From: a virus
Taxonomy: Duplodnaviria > Caudoviricetes
Reading direction: 5' to 3' (one strand)
IMG/VR virus record: IMGVR_UViG_3300018481_000021
Span: 1,331 to 65,330 of that record
Length of the DNA stretch: 64,000 bases
The first letter of the stretch is position 1. Each line of letters begins with the position of its first letter. Under the pieces are notes generated by a model, which worked only from the letters and a program-made list of their open reading frames with translations, had not been told where the DNA came from and ran no database searches. Shown here piece by piece: positions 19,720 to 30,272 of the stretch. Made by a program: the position numbers and the translations under genes.

Positions 19720-20139
19720 TTATGCCGCAGGATCAGTAAGCTGAAAACTCGAAATCTGCACTGTGGCACCAACTACGAATGATACAGTTGAAAACATAAT
19801 AGTTCCACCTCCACCAGTGGCTGTAACATCACAATCAAAAACAGTAGCACCAGTCGCATCCTTAATCCGCGCCCATGTAGCTGTACCCGTAACATCCGCA
19901 GAAACATCTGGAGCAATTGGGTTAGTAAATATCAAAATACCAGCGGACGCATTCGGTGCTGATGGCTCAGCAAAAGATAAAATAGCTAACGGCGGTGTAG
20001 CATGAGCTACGTCGGCATTAGCCGGTTGCGCACCAGCGTAAATATTAATTGTGCCTGGTCCAGTGCCGACATCGATGGCGTCCCTGATCGCGTTTAGCCG
20101 CGCATTACGGATCGCAGTCACTACTCGAACGTTAGCCAT
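19720..20139 (-). CDS. virion structural protein
   Basis: AGGAG RBS; NARLNAI...GT.TWARI.D pattern; tail module context. Confidence 0.6.
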   Translation of the reverse strand: MANVRVVTAIRNARLNAIRDAIDVGTGPGTINIYAGAQPANADVAHATPPLAILSFAEPSAPNASAGILIFTNPIAPDVSADVTGTATWARIKDATGATVFDCDVTATGGGGTIMFSTVSFVVGATVQISSFQLTDPAA

Positions 20140-20189
20140 TTCACTCTCCTTGCGTGATCCAACAACAGTTGTTGGATCAGGTTGATTGG

Positions 20190-21398
20190 TCAAGCATTCA
20201 AGGCCACCAGTCCAGCATCGTCAACCGGTGACAACCAACTAATGCCATCCGGGTAGCTGATCAAGTGTCCAAACAGATGGTTTGCATTGAGTCTGTTGTG
20301 ACCGAGCACAAGCCGGTTCAAGCCGGTCGGCATCGCGCACGACGTGTCTCGTGTCCCCAATGTGCTGGCATTGCATAAGTTCATGCTGTTGGCGGCGATG
20401 CTGAAAGATATTTTACGTTCTGTAGATGCCGCAATCGTTCCGGCCGTAATGGTAGCGACTACAGAACTACCACTAGTCACCACCAACGTGGGCACGCCAG
20501 CCGCAAGGTAGCCCTCAACCTTGTTGGCATCTGACCCGTCGTGGAGACAAAAAATAAACTGATTTCCAACTACGCCGAGCGCTGTCTTAATCTCGAACGC
20601 CAACGCGAAACCGCCAGATGGCGGGCTCACAGTCTGCAACGAGATATCCGCTGCGCGCGTAGAATTTGCCCCGGCTGCGATAGGCATCGGTGAGGACGGA
20701 AATGCGCCTTGTTCTTGGACGAAGTTCCACATAGCAACATTGCTGGTTCCATCGCCTGCGTATGATGCAGTCGTTCCAGACAATAAGTTGATCTGCCTGC
20801 TTATTACCCCACCATCCGCGTCTGTGTCTCGGGATTGCCAAATTCGATACCAACCATCGGGCATCGCTATGACACTGTGTACCCCGCTAGGAGCAGTGAC
20901 TACGGTTCCATCGTCTGGATCAACAAACAAATTACCGCTGCCTCCGGCGAACGCAGTGCCAAATGTAACAAGTGAAACATTCCGCGTTCCAGATGTTGCG
21001 CGTTTCACGAATAAAGAATGACACCAAGCTTCCAGCGCACCATGGCCGGATAAATCATGTCGAATACGATGCTCGCCGGAGCCCGTTTCCGTGATCAATC
21101 CGCCACTCGTAGTTCCGTCTGGACCCGTTACTTGACTGGCTAAAGCAGTTACATTCAATTTGCCCCAGTAAGCATTTGCTGGATCATTAGCACGTTGAAT
21201 GAAATTGGTCCGCGCCCCTTCGACCAAGCGCCCCACCTTGCCGCTCGCCAGCCGCTCGTCTCTAGGAACATCGACCGCATGCGACGTATAGACTGCCGCC
21301 GCAAAGTTGGCACCCGTCAGAGCATACGCAGTACTGGCACGAGACCAAGCCATCGGCGCAATGGCAGGTGAGCGGTACTTGACCTTAAACACCATCAT
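20190..21398 (-). CDS. fibre/spike protein with lectin-like beta-sandwich
   Basis: SRASTA...RLVEGARTN, GWYRI, QEQGAFPSSP..TRAAD motifs typical of phage spike/fibre proteins. Confidence 0.7.
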   Translation of the reverse strand: MMVFKVKYRSPAIAPMAWSRASTAYALTGANFAAAVYTSHAVDVPRDERLASGKVGRLVEGARTNFIQRANDPANAYWGKLNVTALASQVTGPDGTTSGGLITETGSGEHRIRHDLSGHGALEAWCHSLFVKRATSGTRNVSLVTFGTAFAGGSGNLFVDPDDGTVVTAPSGVHSVIAMPDGWYRIWQSRDTDADGGVISRQINLLSGTTASYAGDGTSNVAMWNFVQEQGAFPSSPMPIAAGANSTRAADISLQTVSPPSGGFALAFEIKTALGVVGNQFIFCLHDGSDANKVEGYLAAGVPTLVVTSGSSVVATITAGTIAASTERKISFSIAANSMNLCNASTLGTRDTSCAMPTGLNRLVLGHNRLNANHLFGHLISYPDGISWLSPVDDAGLVALNA

Positions 21399-23506
21399 GG
21401 AAAGCGAGCCTCAATTGCAAAGTAAGAGCCCTTGGCCGGGGTGGTATGAACCGCATCAACATCGACAAAGAGAATATCGCCTGTCGCAAGGTCGTCGTTG
21501 CTGGCGTTGATTGTTCCAACGGTGCCGGTGGCGCTGGTCGTTTCGGTGCTGTCGGTAGCCGGCGGCGTTGAAAAAACATCTACATCCACCCCAGCTCGGT
21601 GTCGTCGCAACTGTACGCTCGCAGTGCCACCGATACCCGCCGTTGTGTGGGCAAGCAGGCCGGAAACCACGTTCATCCCGTTCAAGGCGGCCGTCACTAG
21701 AAAACCATCCTGCCCGTCGCCTATAGCCAAGTTGGTAGTGGGCGTTGCGGTAAGCTGGAACGAAATTGGTGCGACCTCACTCTCCCAAGCGGTCGTGCTG
21801 ATCGCCACTCGGGCCGTCGTGCCAGCAATCCCAATCTGGCCAAGAAAATCCGGCGCAGTGGTGAAATCGGCAAGGAGTTTTGTATCTGGCCACCTATGCA
21901 GATAAGTGGCCCCATGCGCGAGCTTCGAGGACATCCGCTCTACGCGGATGAATTTATAATCAACATCGTCCGTTATCGCAACTGCGAGATAAATTACCTC
22001 CGATCTGTTGCAGCTTACGAACATCGAAAATGGGGCGTTAGTTAAAGTAATGTTTTTGAATGAGGTCGTCATAGTCGTCGAGTTATTGAATGAGCTGTCG
22101 TTGCTAGTGCCGATGTATGGCATGTCTCCAGCACTAAGCGCCCCTACGGCAGAAAACGAAGCGTTCAATCCCTGGACCATAAAGGCGGTGCCGCCACCGG
22201 TCTGCGCCCCGGTCCAACTGGCCGTGACCTTCAGAACATCCCCCACATTGACCGGGACCAGTATATAGCCAAACTCGGAGCCGGCGAGTTTGAAGCTCCT
22301 AGTTGCCGAGGTCAGAACCACGTTGGTAAATATCTTACCGGTCGGATTGGTGGACGAGCACAAATCCCGATGGTAGAAATTGGTGCCGATGTTGCTCCAA
22401 CCCGAGTAGTCAATGAGCGCAACTTCCGTCCACTGGACCCCATCGGGACCGCCGACGAAGTTGGGCGCCCAGGATGCATGAATCCAGGTTGGTAGTGATC
22501 CGTCTTGGCAATAACCTGCGTCAACGCGATTACGCGAGACCTTGCCACCAGTGCCGGTGCCGTCACCGAAAACAACTGCCCCGGCCGTTTCCAGCCGAAC
22601 CTGATCGAACCTGTTAAGGAGCGCATGCTCAAAATAGATGGGCCTTGGCAATCCTTCCAAATGAGCCATTGAAAACCTGTTATTATTACTAGCATAGGTG
22701 CCAGTAAAATGTACCCCGGTCTGAGTGCCACCCAAGGTATTTCCAGCACTGCCGATAGTTATGAAATTGAACTTATTTTCATTGATCCACCCATTTGCGG
22801 TTATGAGGCTTGTTTTTAGCCGTAGTCCTACCAAAGTTCCATACGTCCCGATATATTCGAATGTATTAAACGCGACATACTGAAAATCCACCGCATCCGG
22901 GGCAATATCAAAGCCAACTTCGAACCACTGCGCTCGTAAAGAACGGAATCGGCAATGGGCCGCGCCTTTGAGCAGGATGCCTATAGTTCCGGTCAAGCCG
23001 GTGTTGCTGGAATTAGCATGCTGAATGTTTATGTTTATATCGCCGTTGATCATGTCGGTATTGGCATTGCCGACTGTGCCGATGGTCACACCAACCTGAC
23101 CGGCTGATATCAACGATCTTATGGTTCCTTCACTTACAATCCGTCTGACATTGGTAAAATCCAGAGCGCCGCACGGGTAACTACCGCTTGGAATCCATAA
23201 CGTCTTGTTAGTTCCCTTGACAGCATCCGCCGCCGCTTGAACTGCTACCGTATCATTACCACCACCAGTACCGGCTGCACCCCAATCCTTAACACTAATG
23301 ATTTCACCAAATTTAGCCTTCAGCGATCGGTTGATAGCACCAGCAGCTCCATCGGCCATACCAATAAGCGTATCATTGGGATGGAGCTTTTGATTTGTTC
23401 CGCTCGGAGCCATCGATAAATCAGATACATCGACGTAAGTAAACCAATCCGCCGCAGGGTCCATTGCGGTATCTGTGACAAGTTCTGTAATTTTAGACCC
23501 AACCAT
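21395..23506 (-). CDS. tailspike, pectate-lyase-like beta-helix
   Basis: ISVKDWGAAG.G..NDTVAVQAA beta-helix cap; Asn-ladder repeats. Confidence 0.8.
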   Translation of the reverse strand: MVGSKITELVTDTAMDPAADWFTYVDVSDLSMAPSGTNQKLHPNDTLIGMADGAAGAINRSLKAKFGEIISVKDWGAAGTGGGNDTVAVQAAADAVKGTNKTLWIPSGSYPCGALDFTNVRRIVSEGTIRSLISAGQVGVTIGTVGNANTDMINGDININIQHANSSNTGLTGTIGILLKGAAHCRFRSLRAQWFEVGFDIAPDAVDFQYVAFNTFEYIGTYGTLVGLRLKTSLITANGWINENKFNFITIGSAGNTLGGTQTGVHFTGTYASNNNRFSMAHLEGLPRPIYFEHALLNRFDQVRLETAGAVVFGDGTGTGGKVSRNRVDAGYCQDGSLPTWIHASWAPNFVGGPDGVQWTEVALIDYSGWSNIGTNFYHRDLCSSTNPTGKIFTNVVLTSATRSFKLAGSEFGYILVPVNVGDVLKVTASWTGAQTGGGTAFMVQGLNASFSAVGALSAGDMPYIGTSNDSSFNNSTTMTTSFKNITLTNAPFSMFVSCNRSEVIYLAVAITDDVDYKFIRVERMSSKLAHGATYLHRWPDTKLLADFTTAPDFLGQIGIAGTTARVAISTTAWESEVAPISFQLTATPTTNLAIGDGQDGFLVTAALNGMNVVSGLLAHTTAGIGGTASVQLRRHRAGVDVDVFSTPPATDSTETTSATGTVGTINASNDDLATGDILFVDVDAVHTTPAKGSYFAIEARFP

Positions 23507-23546
23507 GCTACTGCCCCGTACCTTTGATCCAACATTTAATGTTGGA

Positions 23547-25388
23547 TCATGCTATCTTGCACTCTCGTCTTGTCTCAGCAACGATAATCCGTTGCACTTC
23601 TGCTGATCCTGATACTTCCAAATAAAATCTTGTCGCCTTGTAACCTTCCGGCAAAGAATGCACTTTTTCATCAGTAATAATTTTAGTATACTTCACTTGG
23701 CCATCAGTCAGCAAAGTAAATTGAATATTATTGAAACTGAATAGCGCTGTAGTGTCATACAACGGTTCACCACCTATTGGCTGGATTGGCGGCAACCCGC
23801 TTAACGCCGGGATAACATCAGGTCGAGAAATCTGCCGATTAAAATCGTACCCATCAAAAACATCCAACGGACCAAAAGCCATTCGACTATCATTATATGC
23901 TTGCATTGCCAACAACAATTGATCCAAATCGTCTTCATTTTCTACTTGTTTAAAAAGTATCTGCACAGCACCAAGATTAAGCGGCTTAGTATGAATAAAC
24001 TCTTTAGATCGAAAAGTAGTCGAAAACCGAGCATCTAAACGAGCATCAAATTTACTAATCAAGTCATCCTGAATAACCATTAAATCACCGCTACGCGGAT
24101 CAGTATCAAGTCCGGTCACACCGAAATAGCGATCCAATGGCATAAAAGAAATTGGCTCAAAAGGTGGTAACGCAATTGCAAAACCACGTGACGGTTCATA
24201 GAACGCAATATAATACGAACCATACGAAGCAGCAAAAATAGCTTCGGGGAAATAAGCGATAAACTCTTCGCGGGTCAGTAAAGCATTAGTCGGGCGAGTC
24301 AACCCATTGGCTGAAATCGAACACAGGCCATTCGTCGAACAAAACATTACTGCATTAGACATGACCACAATGGATCGTTGTGATGTGCATGGCTCAGGAT
24401 CAGGCAGTTTTTGAATAGCCATTTGCGCCGGGTGATTACCAGACAATATAAACGGCACACCTTTAGTCAACACCACTACCGAATTGAGCAGCGGTGCAAT
24501 ACCAACAATTACGTCGCTTACAGTATACGCATAGGCTTGCGGCCAACTATGTGGAAGATAAGGCGTTGAAAAATACACGGTACGATCATGGAATGCAGCA
24601 AAAGCACCAGAACTATGCAAGATCAAACCCTGAACATTCTCTGGAGCTGGATCGTTATCGAAACTATCCAGTATTGGCTGCAACGGTACTTGGTCAGGAG
24701 GCATGCTATCGTTAAATGATCCAACTGTAGATGCAATCTCTCCGACTTTGTAGTAGGCTCCAGAAGTTTGCTCGCCAGTAGCCGAACGATAAATAAAAAT
24801 CTTCACCGCATTAGCGGGTGCTACCGTAAATCCGCTAATAACCCAAGTACCAAGATTACCTTGCGCGATAGTAGTTGGTGACGGTGGACCAATGGCACCA
24901 AAACGATCGACATAAGTATAAACGTAAGCTCGAATATCATCGGTCCCGGCCGGGGGCGAAACATTTGGCGCACTCGCCGGACGAACTATACCAGAAGATG
25001 AAGATGGCACATCCGTCGCCAATTCAGCATAGGTAATTACCCGCAACCCAGTTGATGTGTTATCGGTAAAATAAATGCGATCAAACGCATCCGTGGCAAG
25101 CGGCGATTTTAAAGCCGATGCATTGATATCGGTACTAGTAAAATAGGTAAATTCATCGCTGTTAGTTCGATAAATCTTAATTGCACGACGGTAAACCACT
25201 CCAGTAGGAGTTAGAAAACCTTCAGACACTAATGAGCGAAAACCACGTAAATCACCATTACCAACTTTAATATTGGTCGCAAAGCTTGCTTGACTGTCGT
25301 CGAGTAGACGATCAGCATATCTAGGCGCAAGGCCCTGGAAGTTTGGCACGACAAACGCAGTGATCTCCGTTCTCCTAAGAACCCCCAT
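23547..25388 (-). CDS. tail tubular protein B / nozzle (DNA stabilisation protein)
   Basis: NFQGLAPR, AYVYTYV..G..GPPS, YFSTPYLPHSWP motifs; beta-rich 613 aa. Confidence 0.75.
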   Translation of the reverse strand: MGVLRRTEITAFVVPNFQGLAPRYADRLLDDSQASFATNIKVGNGDLRGFRSLVSEGFLTPTGVVYRRAIKIYRTNSDEFTYFTSTDINASALKSPLATDAFDRIYFTDNTSTGLRVITYAELATDVPSSSSGIVRPASAPNVSPPAGTDDIRAYVYTYVDRFGAIGPPSPTTIAQGNLGTWVISGFTVAPANAVKIFIYRSATGEQTSGAYYKVGEIASTVGSFNDSMPPDQVPLQPILDSFDNDPAPENVQGLILHSSGAFAAFHDRTVYFSTPYLPHSWPQAYAYTVSDVIVGIAPLLNSVVVLTKGVPFILSGNHPAQMAIQKLPDPEPCTSQRSIVVMSNAVMFCSTNGLCSISANGLTRPTNALLTREEFIAYFPEAIFAASYGSYYIAFYEPSRGFAIALPPFEPISFMPLDRYFGVTGLDTDPRSGDLMVIQDDLISKFDARLDARFSTTFRSKEFIHTKPLNLGAVQILFKQVENEDDLDQLLLAMQAYNDSRMAFGPLDVFDGYDFNRQISRPDVIPALSGLPPIQPIGGEPLYDTTALFSFNNIQFTLLTDGQVKYTKIITDEKVHSLPEGYKATRFYLEVSGSAEVQRIIVAETRRECKIA

Positions 25389-25452
25389 CCAACATTTACT
25401 GTTGGATGGGGGTCGTCAGCCTACCGATGCGCCAGTCAGCCGACCACTTCAA

Positions 25453-25719
25453 TCAACGCTTCATCGGGTCCGACCACCCGCGCGGACTACCTTTCCAGTT
25501 TCCAGTCATGGTTCCGGGATGGCCACCTCCGAAACTCTTGATCCGCCCACTACCAGGCCCATTGGTCGTACCACTAGGACCAAGTTGATGCCCACCACCA
25601 GAACCAGATGGCCCTTGGCCGTACTGGTAAGTTGGGCCGCAAGTAGCCGTACGCGGCTTACCAATTCCGCTGCCATTACTCGGTGGCGAAGTCGGGTCTT
25701 TCGGGATTGAAAACTTCAT
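25453..25719 (-). CDS. small Gly/Pro-rich basic protein
   Basis: GGAAGGAG RBS; low-complexity ORF in operon orientation. Confidence 0.55.
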   Translation of the reverse strand: MKFSIPKDPTSPPSNGSGIGKPRTATCGPTYQYGQGPSGSGGGHQLGPSGTTNGPGSGRIKSFGGGHPGTMTGNWKGSPRGWSDPMKR

Positions 25720-25735
25720 AGCTCAGCTCCTTCCG

Positions 25736-26725
25736 TTACACGTCGAACATGACACGCGCGAGGACAAAAAACGGTGGCACAGTTACGACATGTTGATGAT
25801 CACCAAGTGGCTCAATTCCATGTGTATGTCCTGCTACACCATTGTAACCACCAAAAGTTACTGATTCCACACGCGCCGCTCCAATACCTTCACCAGTAGC
25901 TGCAAGTACCCTATTAATAATCACAGATGGCAAATTAGTATTACCAAGTTGCGCATTCGTAACAATATGACCATGACCTCCAGCAGCAGAAGTAAGACTT
26001 TGCGATGGATTTATCTCTGGCACTCCACCTTCTCCACCAACTCCAAACGTTGCTGTCCATCCCTTGATATACTTACCTCGTAAATCAGGCGTACCATTTG
26101 TACCGTCGCATAACTTCAAATGAGATGGCAAATTATTAATATTCCCAAACCAATCAAACACGATGCCATCAAACATTTGCGAATTAGTAATTACTCGGCC
26201 CATATACCCCGGCCGCCGTGCATCAAAATTAGCATTGGTATCTGGTGGAATATAAATTGCATTCTCGCTAGCAGCATACGGTTGATCGAGCGGTGTACTT
26301 GCTGCGCGCCAAAAATTCGCATGATATGTATCAAAACGAACCGCCGTCTCAGAAAGATCGGCATCCAATAATTTGTGTCCATCCAAATCAAGATCACCAA
26401 GCATAGTATCGCCAGAACGCTGTAGAAAACTATCTGCTATGCCGGCAGTCATACGAACTTCAAACCGCGAACCAGAAGCAAACGTTCTCGCTGCCGTACC
26501 CTCTTGGCCACGAATCACAGTTACTACATCTGCAACTACAGCCGTTGCTGTAACAATTTCCGAAGCACCAGCACCGTCAATCATAGTGGCGCGAAAAACG
26601 TCACCGAATGCCAATACCGGCATCCGCAAACCACCACCAGTTTCCAACTGCACAGCAGTGGCGTTAGAAACAACTGTTGCCGTAATCAACGAAGATGCAC
26701 GATTAGAAAACTTAAACTTAGTCAT
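25736..26725 (-). CDS. tail fibre / collar-domain protein
   Basis: N-terminal RGQEGT.A motif, LCDGTNGTPDLRGK collar motif, His-rich tip (HGH, HTH, HQH). Confidence 0.8.
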   Translation of the reverse strand: MTKFKFSNRASSLITATVVSNATAVQLETGGGLRMPVLAFGDVFRATMIDGAGASEIVTATAVVADVVTVIRGQEGTAARTFASGSRFEVRMTAGIADSFLQRSGDTMLGDLDLDGHKLLDADLSETAVRFDTYHANFWRAASTPLDQPYAASENAIYIPPDTNANFDARRPGYMGRVITNSQMFDGIVFDWFGNINNLPSHLKLCDGTNGTPDLRGKYIKGWTATFGVGGEGGVPEINPSQSLTSAAGGHGHIVTNAQLGNTNLPSVIINRVLAATGEGIGAARVESVTFGGYNGVAGHTHGIEPLGDHQHVVTVPPFFVLARVMFDV

Positions 26726-27294
26726 ACTACCGCTCCAGATGGCAAGGCACTACGACTTTTGCGTATTCCAATCCAAAATGAATTTTGTTTATTATTAACA
26801 TTAGTAATTGTAAAACTAATTCTAGCTGGTAAAGTCAATGCCGCCAATTCCCCAATCAAAAATAGCTCAGTCGATACATTGCCGGGATACAACTCCAGTC
26901 CGCAACCATCCGATTGCGCTGGTTCAATCTTAGTAGTTACACTCTTAATAGCAGACTGGTCGCAACCAACTAATATAATCTTAATAGAAATAAACGGAGC
27001 CGCGAGTATTACTTGTCCAATTTGCGGATCAGCCCGAGTATCCGCCATATTGTATTGCAATGCAGTTCGACAATACGGATAACTAATGTTGTATGCTCCA
27101 ATTGGATGTTCGACAGAACGTGACGTATCCAAAAAATTAGCCGTGAAACAGCCCGGTTGGAACAACTCTTGACCTTCAACAATGACTACACTAAACGATA
27201 AATCATCAAATACATATTGCAAAGCATTAACCCCGAGTGCAACCAAATTGCCACCCGACGTTTCCAAGTAAGCATACGGCGGAGTACCACTCAT
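26722..27294 (-). CDS. hypothetical virion protein
   Basis: Overlapping start/stop in structural operon. Confidence 0.55.
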   Translation of the reverse strand: MSGTPPYAYLETSGGNLVALGVNALQYVFDDLSFSVVIVEGQELFQPGCFTANFLDTSRSVEHPIGAYNISYPYCRTALQYNMADTRADPQIGQVILAAPFISIKIILVGCDQSAIKSVTTKIEPAQSDGCGLELYPGNVSTELFLIGELAALTLPARISFTITNVNNKQNSFWIGIRKSRSALPSGAVV

Positions 27295-27674
27295 AACCGG
27301 CATAACCCTGGACGACTTAACCCTTGACGAATAACAATTGATTTACCATTACTAGATTTAATCGCAGCAAAATTAATATGAAAAAGAAGCATTCCATCGT
27401 TATTTCGATATATTACAACTTGATTAATATCTTCATTGGGTGGTGTCACTGGAAAAGTAATTGGATTACATCCCAACCATCCTTGAGAACTAACTGTCTT
27501 ATTGGTAAGAATAACTGGTGGAGAACGTAGTGGACCAGCAGCCACCACATTACTATCATTACCAGTAAACGGATAATCGAGTCGTGTAATAACACATGAA
27601 AATTCATCGTTCAGCCAATGCACCAGCGATGTGGCAAAACGCACTCGTGCAATACTGTAAATTGATAATGTCAC
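27291..27674 (-). CDS. hypothetical virion protein
   Basis: Coupled ORF in tail module. Confidence 0.55.
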   Translation of the reverse strand: MTLSIYSIARVRFATSLVHWLNDEFSCVITRLDYPFTGNDSNVVAAGPLRSPPVILTNKTVSSQGWLGCNPITFPVTPPNEDINQVVIYRNNDGMLLFHINFAAIKSSNGKSIVIRQGLSRPGLCRL

Positions 27675-28396
27675 CAGTACCTCCCGCTGCCACCGCGTGA
27701 GCTACCGTGTGAAAACCTCCCTTGCAAATTAACACCCAAAAAGCGAAACGGCGTAATCACCTGTTCACGAATATTAGTGTGCGAAGCTATCGCATCACGA
27801 GCTGCATTCGACATCATCGAACGATAACGTTTCTCCATCCGCACGCCCAAGTCAGGCTTGTAGTTAACACCGGGACTAAGATAGATATCACCAAGAACAC
27901 CACATTTAATCGCATCAAAAAATCGTTCCTTGATCCAATCTGGATGACAAAGATCAATAGGCATCATATTGCAAAAGAACTTAACTTGGTTAGTACTACC
28001 TTCGGGTATAGTCGGAAATATTTGAAGCTGTGTTGATGGCGTTTGGAAAAAATACAACGGGTCGCCGATTTCATCTTCGTTTATCATCTGATCAGCAGCC
28101 GGATCAGAACTAGATACAGCAGTCAAAGGAAAACCATCGCTGAGACGATAACCGGCCAACGTTGAAATCAATTCGGCTTTGAAGTCAGTCAGCTCTACTG
28201 AATATCCCGATATAGTCGGATGGAGCGTAATCGGGCCAACCCATTCCCGCCAGCATTGACTGCGTTGGAAAAAGTAACGCAATTTCGTCAATATCAAATA
28301 CTTGATATGATCCAATGGAACATTGGGTGCAGCGGGGGCAATCGCGTTGATCCAATCCAACGGTGCCGTAATGCCGCCAGGAAATGCTTCGCTCAT
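27671..28396 (-). CDS. tail tubular protein A / adaptor
   Basis: FFQRSQCWRE motif; size and position typical of podovirus adaptors. Confidence 0.65.
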   Translation of the reverse strand: MSEAFPGGITAPLDWINAIAPAAPNVPLDHIKYLILTKLRYFFQRSQCWREWVGPITLHPTISGYSVELTDFKAELISTLAGYRLSDGFPLTAVSSSDPAADQMINEDEIGDPLYFFQTPSTQLQIFPTIPEGSTNQVKFFCNMMPIDLCHPDWIKERFFDAIKCGVLGDIYLSPGVNYKPDLGVRMEKRYRSMMSNAARDAIASHTNIREQVITPFRFLGVNLQGRFSHGSSRGGSGRYW

Positions 28397-28719
28397 GTCC
28401 GCAAGTCCCCTTCAAACATCTTGAGCATCGCGGCAGCACGGCCATCTGTAGCATACTCGTCATCAGCCAGTTCTACCCAACCAACAGCAAATCGAATCAA
28501 TGACGGAATGAGTGTTTCCGGTAAATCAAATTCCTCCGTAGCTGCGACGATCTGGTAAGCAGGTTGAGCAAAACGACCAATGAAATAATCTGGTCGTATC
28601 CGTCTCGTATCCAAAATACCGAGATTTAACGCCGCAATAATGCGAGCGTCAGTATACCGATCCAAGTCCATATCCTGGAGCGTTTCGCGTACGCGCGAAA
28701 CCAGGACGGAAACTTTCAT
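28393..28719 (-). CDS. head-tail adaptor
   Basis: RVRETLQD...RYTD..I...LN.G......RPD pattern. Confidence 0.7.
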   Translation of the reverse strand: MKVSVLVSRVRETLQDMDLDRYTDARIIAALNLGILDTRRIRPDYFIGRFAQPAYQIVAATEEFDLPETLIPSLIRFAVGWVELADDEYATDGRAAAMLKMFEGDLRT

Positions 28720-29201
28720 TTTTTGCTACTTTTCTTCGGCGGCTTAGGTTCTACGTATAGCTCTAGTTGTGGCGTACCGTCCTTTTCATAGGTCAATTCG
28801 CCATCGGCATCGAGTACATAGACTAGCGGCTGACCATCTTCATCATAAAGCCGGTTTCCTCCCGTATCCACGGCCCATGGCGGTTCGCCATCAACCAATA
28901 CTGGAACGTCGCTAATCTGCACCTCCTCTTCGTCCAATCCAACAACAGTTGTTGGATCATCAGTCAAGGCCGCTTGACCCTCCGCAAATGCATTTCCGAG
29001 TTGTAGCACAGTATCTTGATCAACAACTACTTCCTCAGCAACGAACAAATCACCAGTCGTCGGATCAACGTAAGTCGGGTCCGGTTTATCCGGCACAAAA
29101 TCATCGCTCTCGTCATCAACCTCCTTCATATAAGGTATCTTCGCCATTTCGTGGTTCCAGCCAAACAACCGACCAGTTCGACGATCCTGTAGACGGCGCA
29201 T
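28716..29201 (-). CDS. acidic hypothetical protein downstream of capsid
   Basis: ORF in operon; contains palindrome-encoded DPTTVVG. Confidence 0.6.
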   Translation of the reverse strand: MRRLQDRRTGRLFGWNHEMAKIPYMKEVDDESDDFVPDKPDPTYVDPTTGDLFVAEEVVVDQDTVLQLGNAFAEGQAALTDDPTTVVGLDEEEVQISDVPVLVDGEPPWAVDTGGNRLYDEDGQPLVYVLDADGELTYEKDGTPQLELYVEPKPPKKSSKK

Positions 29202-29220
29202 GTCCAACATCCCTAGTTGG

Positions 29221-29255
29221 TGGGTGAGGTAGAGTTGCCCGCTCTACCTCACCCA
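29221..29255 (-). terminator. hairpin downstream of major capsid gene
   Basis: TGGGTGAGGTAGAG...CTCTACCTCACCCA 14-bp stem; weak U-tract on the coding strand. Confidence 0.55.
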
Positions 29256-29260
29256 AAAGG

Positions 29261-30226
29261 TTACGGTGCCCGCGAAACGTAAGCAGCCGCAATTGATTCC
29301 GGTTTCAGCACCTTGAACCCATACACCTGCAACCCGCGCAGGATCGTGCCGAAAGTTGTTTCGGAACGAATTGTCTCCATTTCGCTAAGCTGACTAGCAA
29401 ACGACAAGCCAGTATTGTGACCGGCCAAAACCCAATACTTCGTACCAGTATCTGATGCCGTAGGCAACAGATTGGTCTGGTACACCGTAAACCGGGATAG
29501 CTGGCCGACCCGGCCATTGCGTAGAGCTGACGTGGCGTCGCCCATGATGTTGGCAGCACGCACATCCGACTTGAGCAGCATACCCACGGCCCAAGCCGGG
29601 AGAAGTACCCAACGTCCCGGCTCCGGTACGTTCTGCTCGTCGAGCACCACACCAAGATCAATCAGCAGAGAAATAATCCCAACCACGCCAGAAGCGTCAG
29701 CCGGCCCCACAACGACCGCCGCGCCCGTCTTGCCGAGATTGATGTTGTTGCTGATCTTCCCGGCCGTGTCGCCTGTATTGTCAGCGCTGACCTGGGTAGG
29801 GATTGCCGCCAACACCTGCGTATCGATGGCGATCTTCAACTGTTCTGACGCGTCGTCAGACCAGATGTCCATCAAGTCCATGTCCGCCTGCACACGGAAC
29901 ACGTCGTCGAGAATGGCAGCGAAGTACTTACCTTTATCGATCAGCAACGTAGTCACGTTGCTAGCCGGCCGCTCAATAGAGAGTGCCTGAGTAGCCGTGT
30001 AATCGTTGATGGTCAAGGTTGGGATCGTACGGATGATAACCTTATCACCCTGGTTCTTGATCTCACCCTCGTAGTCTGTGTTGCTGATCGCAGCCAGCAC
30101 ACATGCCGCGTAGAACTTCTCCAGCAACCGTCCACTCCAGATTTCTGGAATGAACGTACCCGACAAGGCCGGGTTGTGCGCTGTCGTACCCGCCGGTGAC
30201 GGCGTGCCAGAAATTGGATAGGCCAT
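29261..30226 (-). CDS. major capsid protein
   Basis: FIPEIWSG, NTDYEGEI...GDKVII, RGLQVYGFKV motifs; follows scaffold gene. Confidence 0.92.
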   Translation of the reverse strand: MAYPISGTPSPAGTTAHNPALSGTFIPEIWSGRLLEKFYAACVLAAISNTDYEGEIKNQGDKVIIRTIPTLTINDYTATQALSIERPASNVTTLLIDKGKYFAAILDDVFRVQADMDLMDIWSDDASEQLKIAIDTQVLAAIPTQVSADNTGDTAGKISNNINLGKTGAAVVVGPADASGVVGIISLLIDLGVVLDEQNVPEPGRWVLLPAWAVGMLLKSDVRAANIMGDATSALRNGRVGQLSRFTVYQTNLLPTASDTGTKYWVLAGHNTGLSFASQLSEMETIRSETTFGTILRGLQVYGFKVLKPESIAAAYVSRAP

Positions 30227-30272
30227 AGCCTGAGCCCCTTGCTAGAGACACTATCCAACAATTGTTGTTGGA